Below, piece by piece: positions 1 through 10,945 of a DNA stretch of 64,000 nt. The stretch is from assembly GCA_030390025.1 (NCBI GenBank), contig JASTWF010000228.1, positions 496,001 through 560,000 on the forward strand, written 5' to 3'. A program made the translations under genes and the position numbers. Every line of letters begins with the position of its first letter. The stretch's first letter is position 1. The DNA comes from Squalus acanthias (taxonomy: Eukaryota). The notes under the pieces were generated by a model. The model was not told the origin of the DNA, did not search any database, and saw nothing but the letters and a program-made list of their open reading frames with translations.

Positions 1-1080
1 TATAAAACACCTTGGGATTTTCCTTTATTTTGCCCGCCAGTGTTTGTTCATTCCCCCTCTTCGCTCTCCTAATTTCTTTTTTAAGTACCCCCCTACACTT
101 TCTATACTCCTCTAGGGCTTCCACTGTTTTTAGTCCTTTGGATCTGCCAAAAGCCTCCCTTTTTTTCCTAATCCATTTTTGTATATCCCTTGACATCCAG
201 GTTCCCTGGGCTTGTTGGTCCCACCCTTGACCTTTACGGGAACATGTTGGGGCTGTACTCTCTCTATTTCCTTTCTGAATGACTCCCACTGCTCTGATGT
301 GGATTTTCCTACAAGTAGCTGATCCCAGTCCACTTTGGCCAGATCCTGCCTTATCATATTAAAATTGGCCTTCCCCCAATTTAGAACTTTAATTTCCGGT
401 CCATCTTTGTCCTTTTCCATGACTACCTTAAATCTCACCGAATTATGGTCAGTGTCACCAAAATGCTCTCCTACTGACACTTCTACCACTTGCCTGGCTA
501 CATTCCCTAGAATTAGGTCTAGTACCGCCCCCTCTCTTGCAGGACTTTCTACATGTTGGCTCAAAATACTCTCCTGGATGCACTTTAAGAATTTCGCACC
601 CTCTAAGCCTTTCACACTCTGACTATCACAGTTAATATTGGGGAAGTTGAAATCCCCTACTATTATTACCCTACTATTTCTACACTTCTCTGAGATTTGC
701 CTACATATCTGTTCCTCTATCTCCCCCTGACTGTTTGGGGGCCTATAGTACACTCCCAGCAAAGTGCTTGCCCCCTTTTTGTTTTTAAGTTCTACCCATA
801 TGGCCTCATTAGAGGAACCTGCTAAGATATCATCCCTCCTTACAGCAGTAATTGACTCCTTGATTAATATTGCAACACCCCCTCCTCTTTTACACCCACC
901 TCTGTCTCGCCTGAAGATTCTATACCCCGGAATATTGAGCTGCCAGTCCTGCCCCTCCCTCAACCATGTCTCTGTGATAGCAACAATATCATACTCCCAT
1001 GTGTTCATCAACACCTTCAATTCATCTGCCTTACTCGCAAGACTCCTTGCATTAAAATAAATGCCATCCAGCCTTGCCAT
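1..1080 (-). pseudogene. CR1 ORF2 N-terminus (APE endonuclease), frameshifted near 200
   Basis: MARLDGIYFNARSL...DIVAITETWL...GGGVAILIK...GVYYRPP...IIVGDFNFP...LDLIL...DTDHNSVRF are EEP/APE motifs. Confidence 0.92.
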
Positions 1081-1198
1081 ACTCCCTTGTGCCGTTACAT
1101 ATTTGCTCTGCCTTCCAGACTGACTTGTTTTTTCCTCTATATTTGGCTGTGCACCACCCCCTACTATAGCTCCACTCCGTATCCCATCCCCCTGCCAA

Positions 1199-2149
1199 GT
1201 TAGTTTAAACCCCTCCCCAACAGCACTAGCAAACCTCCCCGCAAGGATGTTGGTCCCGTTCCAGTTCAGGTGCAACCCGTCTGACTTGTACAGGTCCCAC
1301 CTTCCCCAGAAGCAGACCCAGTGATCCAGGAAACTAAAGCCCTCCTTCCTGCACCAACTCTTTCACCACGCATTCATCTGCTCTATCCTCCTATTCCTAT
1401 ACTCACTAGCACGTGGCATCGGGAGTAATCCAGAGATTACAACCTTTGAGGTCCTGCTTTTTAATCTGCTACCTAGCTCCCTAAATTCTTGTTGCAGGAC
1501 CTCATCCCTCTTTCTACCTATGTCGTTGGTACCAATGTGAACCACGACCTCTGACTGTTCGCCCTCCCCCTCAGAATGCCCTGAAGCCGTTCAGTGACAT
1601 CCTTGACCCTGGCACCAGGGAGGCAACAAACCATCCTGGAGTCACATTTGCGGCCGCAGAAACGCCTGTCTGCACCCCTCACTATTGAGTCTCCTACCAC
1701 TATTGCCCTTCCACTCTTACTCCTTCCCCCTTGTGCAGCTGAACCACCCACAGTGCCGTAAACTTGTCTCTGGCTGCACTCCCCAGAGGAACTGTCACTT
1801 TCACCGTTTTCCAACACAGAAAAACGGATGTTGAGTGAGATGCACTCTGGGGCTTTCCTGACTACCTGCCTGCCCCCCTTCTTCTGACTGGTGGTCACCC
1901 ATTCTGTCTCTGACTGCACTTTCTTAAGCTGCGGGGTGACCACGTCTAAAAACGTGCTATCCACGTAACTCTCAGCCTCGCGGATACACCGCAGTGCCTC
2001 CAGCTGATGCTCGAGCTCCGAAAACCGGATCTCAAGTTGGCCAAACTGTTGGCACTTACTGCACATGTGGTCATCCTGACTGCAAGAAGCGTCTAGGAAT
2101 TCCCACATGCTGCAGGTCATGCAACGCACGGGACTGAGGTCCCCGTCAT
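1199..2149 (-). pseudogene. CR1 ORF1 (zinc finger/leucine zipper plus SGNH esterase), disrupted
   Basis: RCMTCSMWE...CSKCQQ, VVGDSIVRG, CLPGARVKDV, VHIGTND and DGLHLN. In-frame TGA at 1363-1365 and frameshifts near 1565 and 2140. Confidence 0.9.
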
Positions 2150-2488
2150 ACTTTTAATTAAAAAACTCTTACTTCAAATTTAAACTCTCGGATTCTCACT
2201 CTCCCGAACTACCTTAACTATGAACTACCTTAAAAGAAATAGACTTAAAATTGAAGAAAAAAAAAGCACTCACCCACTACTCACCAATCAGCTTCTTCCC
2301 CTGCGCCGGCGTCACTTTGGAACACATATATCTTTTAATCTACACCAAGGCACTTAAATTTAGACGCCCAAGTTTTGAAAAAAAGCGAGAAATAGAGAAA
2401 TACTCACCAACCAATCATTTACCTGCTTTCTGGTGATGTCACACTTCGATTACTTTTTACTTCATTATACTCACTGGTACTTTGTAGC

Positions 2489-2852
2489 CGCTCTCCTGGG
2501 CTCCCGCTGCTGTTTACTGCCGCCGAAGTCTCGCGCTCTCCTGGGCTCCCGCTGTTTACTGCCGCCGGAGTCTCGCTCTCTCCTGGGCTCCCGCTGCTGT
2601 TTACTGCCGCCGAAGTCTTGCGCTCTCCTGGGCTCCCGCTGCTGTTTACTGCCGCCGAAGTCTCGCGCTCTCCTGGGCTCCCGCTGCTGTTTACTGCCGC
2701 CGGAGTCTCGCGCTCTCCTGGGCTCCCGCTGCTGTTTACTGCCGCCGAAGTCTCGCGCTCTCCTGGGCTCCCGCTGCTGTTTACTGCCGCCGAAGTCTCG
2801 CGCTCTCCTGGGCTCCCGCTGCTGTTTACTGCCGCCGAAGTCTCGCGCTCTC
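2489..2852. repeat. 45-bp tandem repeat, 8 copies (one is 42 bp), at the CR1 5' end
   Basis: Unit ctctcctgggctcccgctgctgtttactgccgccgaagtctcgcg repeated head-to-tail with no spacers. Confidence 0.97.
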
Positions 2853-2857
2853 ACACC

Positions 2858-3145
2858 GACTGAAGCCTGCAGGAAGAAACAAAGGTATGTACTCTTTTAA
2901 AAACACTTTGCACTTACCTCAGATACTCACCTCTACACTCTTGCACCCATCACTTACCTTCACACCACACTTTTGCACCCCCCCGACCCCCGCAGACCCA
3001 GTACTCACCTCACTGAGCCTTCGGGAAGCCCGCACTTGTGAGGGCAAAAAGGGGATAATCCTATTTTCTGCCTGTTAACTACCCCCAAATTCTGCCATTT
3101 TCCCGCCTCCATACCTGCCTCCCCAGGGCTGACAAAATCGCCCCC
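2858..3145. mobile_element. One end of a Harbinger-like non-autonomous element (same family as 14212-14985)
   Basis: 2870-3083 aligns by eye to 14604-14834, and it ends in the TIR-like gacaaaatcgccccc. Confidence 0.7.
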
Positions 3146-4115
3146 ATAATTTTTGAGGTTTTAACTAGCAGGGTAGATAAGAAGGAGCCCGTGGATGTAG
3201 TTTATTTTGATTTTCAAAAAGCATTCGATAAGCTGCCACACAAGAGGTTATTATACAAAATGAGGGCTCATGGGATTGGGGTTAATATGTCAGCATGGAT
3301 TGAGGATTGGTTAATGAACAGAAAACAGAGAGTAGGAATAAATAAGTCTTTTTCAGGTAGGAAGGCTGTATCTAGTGGGGTACCACAAGGATCAGTGCTT
3401 GGACCTCAGCTATTTACAAGCTATATCAGTGACTTAGATGAGGGGACCAAATGTAATGTATCCAAGTTTGCTGACAATACAAAGCTAGGTGGGAAAGTAA
3501 GTTCTGAGGAGGATGCAAAAAGGCTGCAAAGGGATATAGACAGGTTAACTGAGTGGGCAAGTATGTGGCAGATGGAATACAATGTGGAGAAATGTGAAGT
3601 TATCCACTTTGGTAGGAAAAATAGCAAAGCAGAATATTTTTTAAAAGGTGACAGATTGGGAAATGTTGGTATTCAGAGGGACCTGGGTGTCCTTGTACGC
3701 AAACCACAGAAAGTTAACATGCAGGTACAGCAAGCAGTTAGGAAAGCAAATGGTATGTTGGCTTTTATTACAAAAGGATTGGAGTATAAGAGTAAAGATG
3801 TCTTTCTGCAATATAGGGCCCTGGTGAGACCACACTTGGGGTACTCTGTATAGTTTTGGTCTTCTTACCTAAGGAAGAATATGCTTGCCATAGAGGGAGT
3901 GCAACGAAGGTTCACTAGGCTGATTCCTGAGATGAGTGGAGTGTCGTGAATCTTTGGAATTCTCTATCCCAGAGGGCTGTGGATGCTCAGTCACTGAGTA
4001 TATTCAAAATAGAGATCGATAGTGCAGGGAGGTGGAGTTGAGGTCGAAGATCAGCCATGATCTTATTGAATGGTGGAGCAGTCTCAAAGGGCCGAAAGGC
4101 CTACTGCTGTTCCTA
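3146..4115 (+). mobile_element. CR1 fragment (RT domain, internal deletion, 3' end)
   Basis: DVVYFDFQKAFDK, GVPQGSVLGP and KFADNTKLGG, followed by the CR1 3'UTR. Confidence 0.92.
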
Positions 4116-4452
4116 AAGAACATAAGAAATAGGAGCTGGAGTAGGCCATTTGGCCCTTTGAGCCTGCTCCACTATTCAACAAGATCATGGCTGATCTTCT
4201 ATCTCATCTCCACCTTCCCGCACTATCCCCATATCCCTTAATTCCCAAAAAATTATTGACCTCTGTCTTGAATATACTCAACAACTGAGCACCCACAGCC
4301 CTCTGGGATAGAGAATTCCAAAGATTCACATCCTTTGAATGAAGAAATTTCTCCTCATCTCAGTCCTTATTCTGAAACTGTGACTCCTAGTTCTAGATTT
4401 CCCAGCCAGGGGAAATATTTTCTCAGCATTAAGCCTGCCAGGCCCCTTAAAA
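4116..4452 (-). mobile_element. CR1 3' fragment inserted antisense into the tail of the previous CR1
   Basis: Reverse complement of the CR1 3'UTR and tail (aagaacataagaaatagg). The host tail resumes near 4454 (tttctatgttcttatgtt). Confidence 0.8.
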
Positions 4453-5676
4453 ATTTCTATGTTCTTATGTTAAGCATGAATCAGCACCTTTGGGAAAGGA
4501 GTAACTCTGGCTGCCTGTTTATTTGTATCTAATGAACCTATTCCAATGGCAATACAAACACTGTTCTTTTGTCAGTTTCTCTGTTCAATAGCCATTGATT
4601 TTTTACTGACTTTTGACCTGTACAGTGAATGCTCACACCCCCAGACAACTATATGTCACAGAATATTTCTATCTGTTTTGTAGAGTGGATAAGTTATCTG
4701 TCAATATTAATTATCAATGCTACTAAGATTTTTTTTAACCTAACTCCTTAACTATATTACTGATACATTTAAGGTAAAGTATTTAAATCAAATGGTCCCG
4801 GGAGGAGTAGTTCAGAGTAAAGATATGAGATAATAAATCTCAAAGCAAGTTTTTATTATAACTCAAGGAACAATTGAAATGCCTGGGGCCATGTCACAAA
4901 TCTAAACAGGACCATAAATCGTTGATGGATGTGGCCAAGTTCAGATCTTTCATTGTACACCTTAACTAACACTTTCTCATGATCAGTGCTAACCAAAAGC
5001 ATTAATTTGAGCCAATCCAGTTTAGTAATTTTAAAATAACTCAGAAGAATAGAAATTCCTAATTAGGACCAATTTAGAGTTGGAGATATCTATCACTTTA
5101 AGCAAAATAGTCTCGCAACAGAAGCAGCATCAAATAAGCAGTGGCAACGTATTTTTTTTTAAAAGGCACATCTATTTATAATATATTAAAAATCTTACAT
5201 CTGCCTGCACTTCCTGTCTGCCTACTTGACTTCCTGTTGTTACGTTTTTGTGTCCCATTTTTCTATCATAAGTTCCAATGTGTACCTTTGTAATGGAAAA
5301 TGCCTATGTCAACTCATCACTTTGATTATGCAATTGGGGCGCCAAGTTGTGTAATCTGCCCACTATTCTCTTGATTATTCAATTTTTTATCCTCAATTAT
5401 TTTCTCAGTAACTGAAATTTCCAAAGTCCAAAAGCGGCTTTAATTCAGAATTCAAAATTCAAAAAATTACATATTTCACAATAATGTGATTACATTTATT
5501 CATTGAATTTCCTTTTGTATCTTTTAATGCCTTCATTGATAATATTTTTGCTGAAGTTGTGATTCTTCAGCTTACATGTTTTTCAGAATTATTTGAAGAA
5601 ACGTTAGTAGAAAAATTTCAAATGCTTTATTCGGGTGAAATTTATATTAAATATTTTCTATATAAAGACAAAGAGA

Positions 5677-5988
5677 TTGGTGTTGAAATTGCGTTAGGCC
5701 CATTTTTTGGGCCTGAAATAGTCACCATGCTTGTCATGCCTGCACAGGCAGCTTGCCCATTGTAAGAAGATGAACAGTGGGCCGCTTGCCTAATTTGCAT
5801 ATTCCAACAGCCTAACGTCTTTTTCATGTGCGGGCCCTGGCCGACTCTTTTTATGCCTTTACCAATATGGTGGGTGGCGGACTTCCAGTGCACAAATAAA
5901 AATAACCAGTGGCGCGTAACCTGTTCAACATCTTGGATGCCTAGGCGCCCATTTTGCGCCTGTAAAGCAACCTCAAAATTCTAGACCA
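5677..5988. mobile_element. Degenerate MITE (related copies near 11580-11719 and 52176-52360)
   Basis: Shared terminal motif aaatttctaggcc/ggcctagaaatt and internal ccaatatgg. Confidence 0.5.
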
Positions 5989-6429
5989 GTATCGAATTTC
6001 TTCATTTAATCTTTAAAAATTAAGTTAGTGGTCGGTGGAAAATTGGACCAGGGTGTGCAGATGTAATCCACTCCCTATTTAAATGGCATACATTCTGTTC
6101 TTATTTTTATATTTCCTATGTCCACAGTTACAATGTGAATTGTGTATGTAAACTTGTCGCACTGTAATTACACTCTCCAGCCAGAGGGGCACTGCATTAC
6201 CACCACAGGGGAGGAATGTGCAATTAGAGCTTGACAAGTTTTACAGCAGCAGGGCTAGAGTTTCTGTTAGTTTTGCGCCCAGATTCCAGCATAATCCGTC
6301 AAACCAGTGGAAAAAATTGGGGAATTTTAAATGTAAGTGAGTTACGTCCAAAACCACTTACGTTTGTGTTTTCCGTGATCTTATATGCTGGTTCAAGATT
6401 CAATTTGCCCAAATCAGACCCCGCCTCAT

Positions 6430-6592
6430 TGCTATTTGTGAGATACTTCTGTACACAAAATGACTGCTGCATTTGCCCACATACATTACAACTGTGACTA
6501 CACCACAAAAGTACTTCATTGACTGTAAAGCACTTTGGGACATCCTGAGATCATGAAAGGCGCCATATAAATGCAAGTCTTTCTTTCTTTCA
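6430..6592 (+). mobile_element. Deu-domain SINE 3' part with L2-type tail
   Basis: aaaagtacttcattgactgtaaagcactttgggacatcctgag...gaaaggcgccatataaatgcaagtctttcttt. Confidence 0.75.
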
Positions 6593-6600
6593 TAACAACT

Positions 6601-7020
6601 GTCTAGAAAAGAGAAGGCTGAGGGGTGACCTGATAGAGGATTCTTTAAGATTATGAAAGGATTTGATAGGGTAGATGTAGGGAAGATGTTTCCACTTGTG
6701 GGGTAGACCAAAACTCGGGGCCATAAATATAAAACATATACTAATAAATCCAATAGGGAATTCAAGAGAAACTTCTTTACCCAGAGTGTGGTTAGACTGT
6801 GGAACTCACTACCACAAGGAATAGTTGAGGCGAATAGCATAGATGCATTTAAGGGGAAGCTAGATATACACATGAGGGAGAAAGGAATAGAGTTTTTTTT
6901 TGATAAGATTAGATGAAAAGGGATGGGTGAAGGCGCTTATGGAGCTTAAACACTAGCATAGGCCAATTGGGCCGAATGGCCTGTTTCTGTGCTGTACATT
7001 CTATGTAACTCTATGTAACT
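6601..7020 (+). mobile_element. CR1 3' end
   Basis: Degenerate RRLRGDLI...FFTQ region, the 3' hairpin gggccgaatggcc and a (ctatgtaact)n-like tail. Confidence 0.88.
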
Positions 7021-7555
7021 GCACTTCAAAAGGAAAGATGTTCTTGCCATGGAGGGGGTGCAGCGGCGATTCACCAGGCTGATACCAGGAATGGCGGGAT
7101 TGACCTATGAGGAGAGACTATGTAGTTTAGGGATGTACACACTGGAGTTTAGAAGATTGAGAGGGGACCTCATAGAAGTGTATAAAATTCTGACAGGTCT
7201 AGACAGACTAGATGCAGAAGGAATGTTTCCCTTGGCGGGTGAGAACAGAACTAGAGGACATAATTTAAGGATAAGGGCTAAACCATTTAGGACAGAAATG
7301 AGGGGGAATTTCTTCACTCAGAGGGTGGTGAACCTGTGGAACTCATTGCCACAGAGGGCAGTGTACGCCAGCTCATTAAATATATTTAAGAGGGAATTAG
7401 ATATATTTCTACAGGCAAAAGGGGTTAAGGGTTACGGAGAGAAGGCGGGGACGGGATACTGAATTGGAGGATCAGCCATGATCTCATTAAATGGCGGAGC
7501 AGGCTCGAAGGGCCGGATGGCCTACTCCTGCTCCTATCTTCTATGTATCTATGTA
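7021..7555 (+). mobile_element. CR1 3' end (second subfamily)
   Basis: EGVQRRFTRLIPGM...RRLRGDLIEVYK...FFTQRVVNLWNSLP followed by 3'UTR. Confidence 0.92.
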
Positions 7556-8149
7556 AAAGTGATTCATCAGATGTGAAGCAATTAGGGACAGCCTGAAAGA
7601 TGCTATACAGATGCAAGATCATCAATGATATCCAAGATCATTTCTATTTGAACAAATACTGGAGAGAATTAACTGATGCCTGAGCAATTGTTCCTGGTCA
7701 GTGAATGTTCCATTCAACTGGCCTCCAGTAAAGCGTGAATATAAACAGAAGTTTGCTGTCTGCTACCAAAAGAAAGATTGTCTCCCATTTGACAATCTGT
7801 GTCATATCCTGTGATAATTATGTGCTTATATCAATTTTCTATGTGGGTGAAAGACACTACTTGTCATCAAACATCTGTTGCCTTGAATTACTCCAAACTG
7901 CTTAATGAAAAACCCCATTTAGGTACGTGTCAAGATAACTGGTGTAAAGTAACTTGTTTAAGAATTTACTTTATGCCACACAACTGGATATAAGATAATG
8001 GTTATAAGTGCTAATATATGATATTGACTAGAACTACATTAGGATCTAGTACGATAGCAAAATACTGCGGATGTTGGAAATCCGAAATAACAACAGAAAA
8101 CGCTGGAAAAACTCAGCAGGCCAGGCAGCATCCGTGGAGAGAGAAACAG

Positions 8150-8186
8150 AGTTAACGTTTCAGGTCGAAGACCTTTCGTCAGAACT
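8150..8186 (-). ncRNA. Minimal hammerhead ribozyme motif (PLE pLTR)
   Basis: Reverse complement is agtt-CTGACGA-a-aggtc-ttc-gacct-GAAAC-GTT-aact. Confidence 0.75.
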
Positions 8187-8916
8187 GGAAAAAAGCAGGA
8201 AATGAAATAGATTTTAAAGCAAGTATAAAGCTGGGAAAAGGGGGAGGGGATGAAAGAACAAAAGGAGAGATTAAGAGACATTGAGAGACATTAAGAGATA
8301 ATCAAGGCAAGAGGAGGTGTTAATGTGACAGGTTGAGGCTAAATGAAGTGTGAAATGCGCTGGCAGAATGATGTGGTCTCCTCTACATTGGGGAGACAAA
8401 CGCAGATTGGGTGACCGCTTTGCGGAACACCTCCATTCAGTCTGTCGGGGGACCCCGAGCTCCCGGTGGCCTGTCACTTTAATTCTCCGCTCCACTCCCA
8501 CTCTGACCTCACCGTCCTCAGCCTATTACACTGTTCCACGGAAGCTCAGCGTAAGCTCGAGGAACAGCACCTCATCTTTCGTTTAGGCACCCTACGGCCC
8601 TCTGGACTCAATATCGAGTTCAACAATTTCAGATCATAACCTCAGCCCCTATCACATTTATATTTTATTTTTTCATCCACCCTTTTGTTTGGTCCCCCTT
8701 TTTTTTCCCTCCCAGAAGCTGGCAGCTGTCCTTCATTCTGCCAGTGCATTTCACACTTCATTTAGCCTCAACCTGTCACATTAACACCTCCTCTTGCCTT
8801 GATTATCTCTCAATGTCTCTCAATGTCTCTTAATCTCTCCTTTTGTTCTTTCATCCCCTCCCCCTTTCCCCAGCTTTATACTTGCTTTAAATCTATTTCA
8901 TTTCCTGCTTTTTTCC

Positions 8917-8953
8917 AGTTCTGACGAAAGGTCTTCGACCTGAAACGTTAACT
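8917..8953 (+). ncRNA. Minimal hammerhead ribozyme motif (PLE pLTR)
   Basis: agtt CTGACGA a aggtc-ttc-gacct GAAA c g TT aact: conserved core, stem II, palindromic stem III and stem I agtt/aact. Confidence 0.78.
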
Positions 8954-9386
8954 CTGTTTCTCTCTCCATGGATGCTGCCTGGCCTGCTGAGTTTTTCCAG
9001 CGTTTTCTGTTGTTATTTAAGATCTAGTATGTGGCTCGCTACTGTGATTTTTGTGCCATATTTATGCTGCTATATTTATGCTGTAAATGTAATACAAAAA
9101 TTGAAGTATAACAAGGGTACTATTAATTTTAATGAAAATGTAGCCTGCTTGTTGAAAGTCTAGACGAATTCTGTGCAGTGGTGTGAAATTGTATTACATG
9201 ATAGCAGCATTGATACACGCAGACATGTTCATCTGAAATTGGGGTAGTTAAAGGAAGGTGTTAACCAATTTGCCCTTTGGTTAAATATGTTTCTTGAATT
9301 GTATATGAATGTGCTCATCTGCTATATGACACATTGTGCTTTCACTCCATGTAAGTACCACTGGCTTCAGGCCATTGTCCCTTAAT

Positions 9387-10945
9387 CAACAGCAACAACA
9401 ACTTGTATTTATATAGCGCCTTTAATGTAGTAAAACATACCAAGGCTTCACAGGAGCATTATGAAACAAAATTTAACACCGAGTCACACAAGGAGATATT
9501 AGGGCAGAAAGAGGTAGGTTTTAAGGAGCATCTTAAAGGAGGAAAGCGAGGCGGAGAGGTTTAGGGAGTGAATTCTAGAGCTTAGGGCCTTGGCAGCTGA
9601 AGGCACAGCCACCAATAGTTGAGCGATTAAAATTGGGGATGCTCAAGAGGCCAGAATTAGAGCAGCGTAAATATCTTGGAGGGTTGTGGGGCTGGAGGAG
9701 ATTACAGAGGTGGGGAAGGGCGAGGTCATGGAGGGATTTGAAAACAAGGATGAGAATTTTAAAATTGAGGTGTTGCTTAACCGGGAGCCAATGTAGGTCA
9801 GAGAGCACAGGGGTGATGGTTTAATGGGACTTGGTGAGAGTTAGAACACGGGCAGCATAGTTTTGGATGACCTCAAGTTTACATAGGGTAGAATGTGGGA
9901 GGCCAGCCAGGAGTGCTTTGGAACTGTCAAGTCTAGAGGTAACAAAGGCATGGATGAGGGTTTCAGCAGCAGATGAGCTGAGGCAGGGCAGAGTTGGGCG
10001 ATGTTACGGAGGTGGAAATAGTGATGCCGCGGATATGTGGTCGGAAGCTCACTTCTGGATCAAATATGACACCAAGGTTGCAAACAGCCTGGTTCAGCAT
10101 CAGACAGTTGCTGGGGAGAGGAATGAAGTCGATGGCTCAGAAAAGGAGTTTGTGACAGGGACCGAAGACAATGGCCCAGATATTCCGATCCCTACGGGTG
10201 GGTACGCGCTGTGTACCCACCCGTAGGGATATTGGAGATGCCGGTTTCAGGCATGCACAACGTATGCGCTGAAAACCGGAATTTCTGATCTGTCAAGAAT
10301 GGTCTTGACAGATTCTCCAGCTGCCCTGGAGAAGGGCCTCTGCGGGCGGATAGTTCCGCTTTTTGGAGACCCTCCGCCCGCAGAAAACCCTTACAATTCT
10401 TACGCCTGGTAAAAGCAGGCATCCTGCTTTTACCAGAATAAGAGTTGAAAAAAGTAAAAAAAAAATTCTTCACTGATTTATCATTTAAAAATACTTTTTA
10501 AAAAAGTTTATTTTTAGCCCCGTAAAAAACTTTAATTATTTTTTTCAAAAAATTAAATTTTTCTTTCAAATACTTAATTTATTGTAATTTCAAGTCATTT
10601 TAAAAATGTGATTTAAAAAAAATGTATTTAAAGTTTTACTATGTTTTGGGGGTGATCTCCATTCATATATTTGACAGGTCTTCCTGTCAAGTGTATGAAG
10701 GGAGATTCCCTTCTTTGATTGGCTCGGCATGGCCCACGTGATCCTAGGGACGCTGCGAACTGCATGCGCCCCTGGGATATGTGGGCACTGCGCACTTGAA
10801 GTTTGGTGAGGCCCAGGAGTCGGAAGCGTGTGCGCCTCCCGGGAGCCCTCAGGTAAGGGCGCAGATTTTTCCAGATCGCAGGCCTCCGCCCGCGGGAGGC
10901 CTGCGATCGGAAAATATGGGCCAATGGCTTTGGCCTTCCCAATAT
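9387..10945 (-). mobile_element. L2-clade LINE 3' part, split by a MITE at 10173-10922
   Basis: LSDLHWLPVKQHLNFKILILVFKSLH and a ggcgctatataaatacaag(ttg)n tail. L2-like sequence resumes after the MITE. Confidence 0.88.
10173..10922. mobile_element. 750-bp Harbinger-type MITE
   Basis: Imperfect 18-bp TIRs ggcccagatattccgatc / gatcggaaaatatgggcc, 3-bp TSD AAT and subterminal hairpins. Confidence 0.85.

Larger units (their letters stand above)
1..2852 (-). mobile_element. CR1-clade LINE, 5' half (5'UTR tandem array, ORF1, ORF2 endonuclease); continues off the left edge
   Basis: The minus strand gives a CxxC...CxxC zinc finger, leucine zipper and SGNH esterase ORF1, followed by an APE endonuclease ORF2. 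The 5'UTR has GC-rich tandem repeats. Confidence 0.93.
8054..9018 (+). mobile_element. Penelope-like element (GIY-YIG C-terminus) with an inverted pseudo-LTR
   Basis: 8085-8371 is the near-perfect reverse complement of 8733-9018. The interior encodes CGLLYIGET/RRLGDRFAEHL/KLEEQHLIFRLG. Flanks tta(g/a)gatctagta(c/t)g look like a TSD. Confidence 0.88.

Noticed and set aside
2489-2852. CRISPR array or repeat-protein ORFs (2433..2900, 2471..2854)
   Set aside because: Contiguous 45-bp units with no unique spacers, no cas genes and a eukaryotic context. The ORFs are open only because the unit length is a multiple of 3 and lacks stops.
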